Source: a virus
Lineage: Duplodnaviria; Caudoviricetes
Length of the DNA stretch: 34,807 nucleotides
Direction: 5' to 3' (one strand)
Virus record (IMG/VR): IMGVR_UViG_3300033067_000317
Coordinates: 1-34,807 of that record
Of the stretch, positions 31,306 to 34,807 are shown one piece after another. The translations under genes were made by a program, and so were the position numbers. Within the stretch, counting starts at the first letter, position 1, and each line of letters opens with the position of its first letter. The notes below the pieces were generated by a model. The model was not told where the DNA came from. It searched no databases and worked only from the letters and a program-made list of their open reading frames with translations.

Positions 31306-31712
31306 TTCTTGGCCTTCATGTCCATGATTTTCTCCAGCGTCCGGCCGCCAAAATAGAAGGACATGATCAACATGCCCCACTGCCCGAGCAGCTCGACGTA
31401 GGCTTGGTTGGTCTCAAGGTCAAACGCGCTCATCATGGCGAACGTCGAGTACGCCACTAGGATGAAGATCAGCGTCATGGGCCTGATGTTCTTGGACAGC
31501 CAAGAGTCGCTGCCCATGTCGGCCTTGAGGCGGTCGGTCAGGTTGTTCTGTTCGGTCTTGAACAGTTCGGTGTCGTTGGCCATCTTGGCCAACTCACCGT
31601 CCTGCGCCATCTTCGCCAGCTCAGCTGTGGCTCTGGCCTTGGCCTCTGGGTCGGGGATCAGCTTGTCGATGAGCTTCTCGCCCACGCCCAGTAGTGCGGT
31701 CAAGGGGAACAT
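31302..31712 (-). CDS. holin (GTA 3-TM holin-like)
   Basis: KLIDKLIPDP, DSWLSKNIRP, hydrophobic helices, FYFGGRT.EK; adjacent to the endolysin. Confidence 0.85.
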   Translation of the reverse strand: MFPLTALLGVGEKLIDKLIPDPEAKARATAELAKMAQDGELAKMANDTELFKTEQNNLTDRLKADMGSDSWLSKNIRPMTLIFILVAYSTFAMMSAFDLETNQAYVELLGQWGMLIMSFYFGGRTLEKIMDMKAKK

Positions 31713-31715
31713 GGC

Positions 31716-33779
31716 TTACTCCTGTCGCGCTGTGCCGACTTCGCTGGCGGTTGCGGGTATTAAAAACACTTGCGTGAACGCTGCGCGGGTTGGATCATCC
31801 ATCAGCTTCATCATGGCCGAGGTTGTTTCGCCAACTCTGTTCTTTGGTACAGCAAGGGTCATGAACTTAGCCATCGCTGCGGGGTCCAGCAGCATCTCGG
31901 CCATTTGTTCGTTAAACGCCTTTGCATTCCCCCGCTGCAAGTATCCAAACGCTGCTTTACCAAGCGTCACGTACTTGTTCAAAAAGTCAGGCGATGCCCG
32001 AGCGGCGTCTGGCAGCCCGGTTTCAACGCCGCGCACCATACGCGCCAATTCATCTGCCTTGGACGTTCGGTTGAGGTCCGCGAGCACGTTTTTGACCGTG
32101 CCGACTTCCTTGGGCGTTAGCACGTCAGACAGCTTGTCGAACCGGGGTATGCCGGTTGACTTTTTGATCGTGCCAGCTGCGTTTTCAACAGCAGTCGCAA
32201 ACACACCAGCACGTTCTTTGTCTAATGGCGTTTGCAACCGCTTAGACAAGTAGTCGCCAACTTCCATGCGGTCGAGTTTTTTGCTGTACGCAGCAAACGA
32301 GTTGAGGTACTTGGACCAAAGCCCATCAGAGGACTTGTTGAGCGAAGCATCAACCAACTTCTTGGCATTGCTCAGTGCGCTGGCCGCTTGCTGAGGGATG
32401 CCGCCCGATGCGTACTGGTCGCCCAAGCCAAGCAATTTTGCAATGTCTTGGTTTGAAATCTTGCGCACGTTTTCGTACAGGTCACGGCTGCCGATGATGC
32501 CGTTCTCGTCTGTCTTGGACAGCACCCGGTCGCGCACGGCTTGCAGCACCGCCCGGCTCTGGTCGGACACGGTGCCTTTGATCGCCTTGTCGAGCTGGCG
32601 TGTGATGTCCGTAGCAAGCAAGGGAAACACGCCGTTCTGCTCCAAACTATCAATCTGCGCCTTTTTTAAGTTGTTCGCTGCGTCTTTTGACGCCGCACGC
32701 AGTTCTTCCGTAGTGAGCTTGAACCCGGCAGACGTCTGTTGCAAAGGAGGCAAGTTCTCTTTGACCTGTTGAATCAAGCGGTTGGCAGTCTGGTTGGCTT
32801 GCCGGGCGATGTTTCCCAGTGTAGTGCCTGCAATATCGTTCAAGTCCAGCGCCGTCTCACGCATTGGCCCGGTCACTGCCCCGCGCTTTGCCTCTACGGC
32901 TGCTCGCTGCGCTTCAGTGCCTGCAATATCTTCCAGTGCACGGACCCGCGCCGCCTGGCGCTCTGCGGTGCGTTCAGCAAACTTCCCTGCAACGCCCGAT
33001 TGCGAGGCCAACTTGCGCTGCGCTGCGGCCAACTCAACCGCTGACGGGATGTCCGAGATCGCATCTGCTGCCGTGGGGCGTGACCCCGAGACAAGCTCTT
33101 TGGCGTCGCGGAGCGCGTCAATAACGCGGCTGCGGTCAGGTCCTGCCAGCGTATCAAGCTGCTCGCGCAACACGTCTTGCCTGCCTTGCGGACTAAGCCC
33201 TCTGAACAACCCGGCAAAAGACGACAGCGCGTTAACGCCGCCCTCAAGAATAGGACCGAGCACCGCGCCCAGCGCCATCTGCTCCAGCTTCTTTTCACCA
33301 AACTGTTCCACTGGCGCATTTACAGGCGCTAACGCGCCTAGCGCAGCGCCTGTGCCCGCCGAACGTGTCGCTGCGCCTAAGAGGCCGGGCGCTTGCAGCG
33401 CCTGTGCTCCGCCAACCAGACGGTTAACCGGGCTGATGACGTTGCCGACTAGTTGGAACGGGTCAAAGCCTTCGCTGCCCACACGGGCGCGGCCTTGCTG
33501 CGTTGCTGACTCAACGTCACGGACAAGTTGCGTTGCGCCTTGTTTCACGCCCTGACCAAACAGGCCAGTGCTGGCAAGCAGTTGGTTGACCGCCAGCGCA
33601 GGGTCTACCACCGCGCCCTTGACTGTGCGGGCGATAGGACTGCCAGCACCGAACATGCGCTCCATTGTGCTGACTTCAGCTTGCGGCGCAGGCGCGGGAG
33701 CTTGCGGCGCAGGTGCAGCAGACCGTGCTTCTAGCTCTGCCATCCGGCGCAGTGCTTCTAGTTCTTCACGAGGTGTCAT
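31716..33779 (-). CDS. large internal virion / DNA ejection protein
   Basis: 687 aa; Ala/Gly-rich hydrophobic segment (AGTGAALGAL...GAVLGP) then a helical body; last of three consecutive ejection-type genes. Confidence 0.7.
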   Translation of the reverse strand: MTPREELEALRRMAELEARSAAPAPQAPAPAPQAEVSTMERMFGAGSPIARTVKGAVVDPALAVNQLLASTGLFGQGVKQGATQLVRDVESATQQGRARVGSEGFDPFQLVGNVISPVNRLVGGAQALQAPGLLGAATRSAGTGAALGALAPVNAPVEQFGEKKLEQMALGAVLGPILEGGVNALSSFAGLFRGLSPQGRQDVLREQLDTLAGPDRSRVIDALRDAKELVSGSRPTAADAISDIPSAVELAAAQRKLASQSGVAGKFAERTAERQAARVRALEDIAGTEAQRAAVEAKRGAVTGPMRETALDLNDIAGTTLGNIARQANQTANRLIQQVKENLPPLQQTSAGFKLTTEELRAASKDAANNLKKAQIDSLEQNGVFPLLATDITRQLDKAIKGTVSDQSRAVLQAVRDRVLSKTDENGIIGSRDLYENVRKISNQDIAKLLGLGDQYASGGIPQQAASALSNAKKLVDASLNKSSDGLWSKYLNSFAAYSKKLDRMEVGDYLSKRLQTPLDKERAGVFATAVENAAGTIKKSTGIPRFDKLSDVLTPKEVGTVKNVLADLNRTSKADELARMVRGVETGLPDAARASPDFLNKYVTLGKAAFGYLQRGNAKAFNEQMAEMLLDPAAMAKFMTLAVPKNRVGETTSAMMKLMDDPTRAAFTQVFLIPATASEVGTARQE

Positions 33780-34807
33780 TGTGGTTTCCTTCCGAAACGT
33801 GAGCGAAGCTGATCTAACTCAGCTTGCTCTGCTGCGCTAAGGCCGCTACCTGGAGGTGTACTGGGCTTGGGCTTGTCGGGTGGCGCCATGCCTTTGCCAA
33901 GATAGGTTTTGGAAAGGTTGTCGATAATCGCCAAGTTGGCTTCCGCTGTCATGCCTTCGCTACCCAAAGACTTCAAGTAGGTTTGCAATTCGACGTTAGA
34001 GTTCAGTTGCTGTGCGCTCATGCCAGTGGCTTCTTTTATCGCGTTGAGCAGTTGCAACCGGACGCTCTTAAGTTGATCGCGCTTTGACTGCGCTTCTGTT
34101 CCAAAAACACCACCCAAGAACTGGCCAGCGGTACCGGTTTGCGTTGATGTGATCAAGTTTGACAAAGCGCCTGCCGATGTGCTCGACATGCCACCACTGT
34201 TTTTCAAGTCCTTCACGAGCGTTTGCGCAGTAGAGAGAATGTCACCCAGCGTTTCTTTGCCCTCTGCAACCTTTTCGGCCTTTTCTTGCGCCTTCAGCAC
34301 CGCAGGGCTTGGGCCTTTCAGAGACGCAGTAAGTGCCGCCAAGTCGCTCTTGTTTTGCGCTTGCAGTTGCGCAATTTGCAGCCTGTTAGCGCCCGCCTCA
34401 CGCGCCGCGTCAACCCGCGCTTCTGCTTGCAGTTTTGCAGCGTCGATCCGCGCCTCGTTTGCCAGTTTGGCGGCATCTGCGCGGGCTTCTTGATCCGCCT
34501 TGCGCGTCGCAGCGGTCGTCAGTGCAGTCAGCACCTTGTCTGGGTCGCCGTACTTCACAACGACAGCGCGAATGTCGGCTTCGGTAGCGCCTGCGGGTAG
34601 TTTAGAAAGCTCGTCACGCAGTTTGGTCTCTTGGTCAATGCTCAACTGAGTCTTGCCAGCTTGGGCCAAGGCCGCCTTTTCAGCAGCGCTGCGCTGCGCG
34701 ACCAACGCGCCGCTCTCTTGCAGCTTGCGGAACTCACCTTGCAGCATCATCGCGCCCTCAGCGTCGCCTGACTGTTGCAGCATGGCGATGGCCTGCTGGA
34801 TCGAGGC
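33776..34807 (-). CDS. 3' part of an internal virion/DNA-ejection protein (427 aa when joined to 252..1)
   Basis: Frame is open to the window edge; 8 codons upstream of ATG 34783 reach 34807 exactly; Ala/Gln-rich coiled coil. Confidence 0.8.
   Translation of the reverse strand, partial: ASIQQAIAMLQQSGDAEGAMMLQGEFRKLQESGALVAQRSAAEKAALAQAGKTQLSIDQETKLRDELSKLPAGATEADIRAVVVKYGDPDKVLTALTTAATRKADQEARADAAKLANEARIDAAKLQAEARVDAAREAGANRLQIAQLQAQNKSDLAALTASLKGPSPAVLKAQEKAEKVAEGKETLGDILSTAQTLVKDLKNSGGMSSTSAGALSNLITSTQTGTAGQFLGGVFGTEAQSKRDQLKSVRLQLLNAIKEATGMSAQQLNSNVELQTYLKSLGSEGMTAEANLAIIDNLSKTYLGKGMAPPDKPKPSTPPGSGLSAAEQAELDQLRSRFGRKPQ

Noticed and set aside
33680-33714. 14-bp direct repeat GCTTGCGGCGCAGG
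   Set aside because: Encodes a low-complexity PAPQA linker in the ejection protein; no sign of separate function.
1-34807. Stop-codon reassignment
   Set aside because: Core genes are full length in code 11, and TAA, TGA and TAG all serve as stops.

Overview
This window looks like the complete, circularly closed 34.8-kb genome of a tailed dsDNA phage with podovirus-type architecture. A minus-strand gene starting at 252 reads in frame through position 1 into 34807 and on into the 33776..34783 ORF. The minus-strand late block runs terS, terL, portal, a three-gene spike/fibre module, a membrane-protein cluster, scaffold, major capsid, four tiny Lys-rich proteins, adaptor, nozzle, tail fibre, cupin, three ejection proteins, 3-TM holin and GH108 endolysin. 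The replication block holds a DUF2800 Cas4-like nuclease, putative SSB, family A DNA polymerase and primase-SF3 helicase (minus strand), plus VRR-NUC, DUF3310 and an SNF2 helicase (plus strand). There are two arrays of small accessory ORFs. I see no integrase, recognisable CI repressor, RNA polymerase, tRNA, CRISPR or reverse transcriptase. The most interesting signals are non-coding: (1) a control hub at 15963-16900 with an Xer/dif-like site, a leaderless small gene and a ~300-bp dyad-symmetric iteron/AT-core element (probable origin), suggesting an integrase-free, host-Xer-dependent lifestyle; (2) a two-part RNA device upstream of the polymerase, made of a 75-nt structured RNA followed by a terminator/anti-terminator switch; (3) an accessory array whose ORFs are bounded by repeated RBS/stop-start sequences. 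Protein family calls come from motif recognition and synteny, not database searches. A proteobacterial host is a guess.
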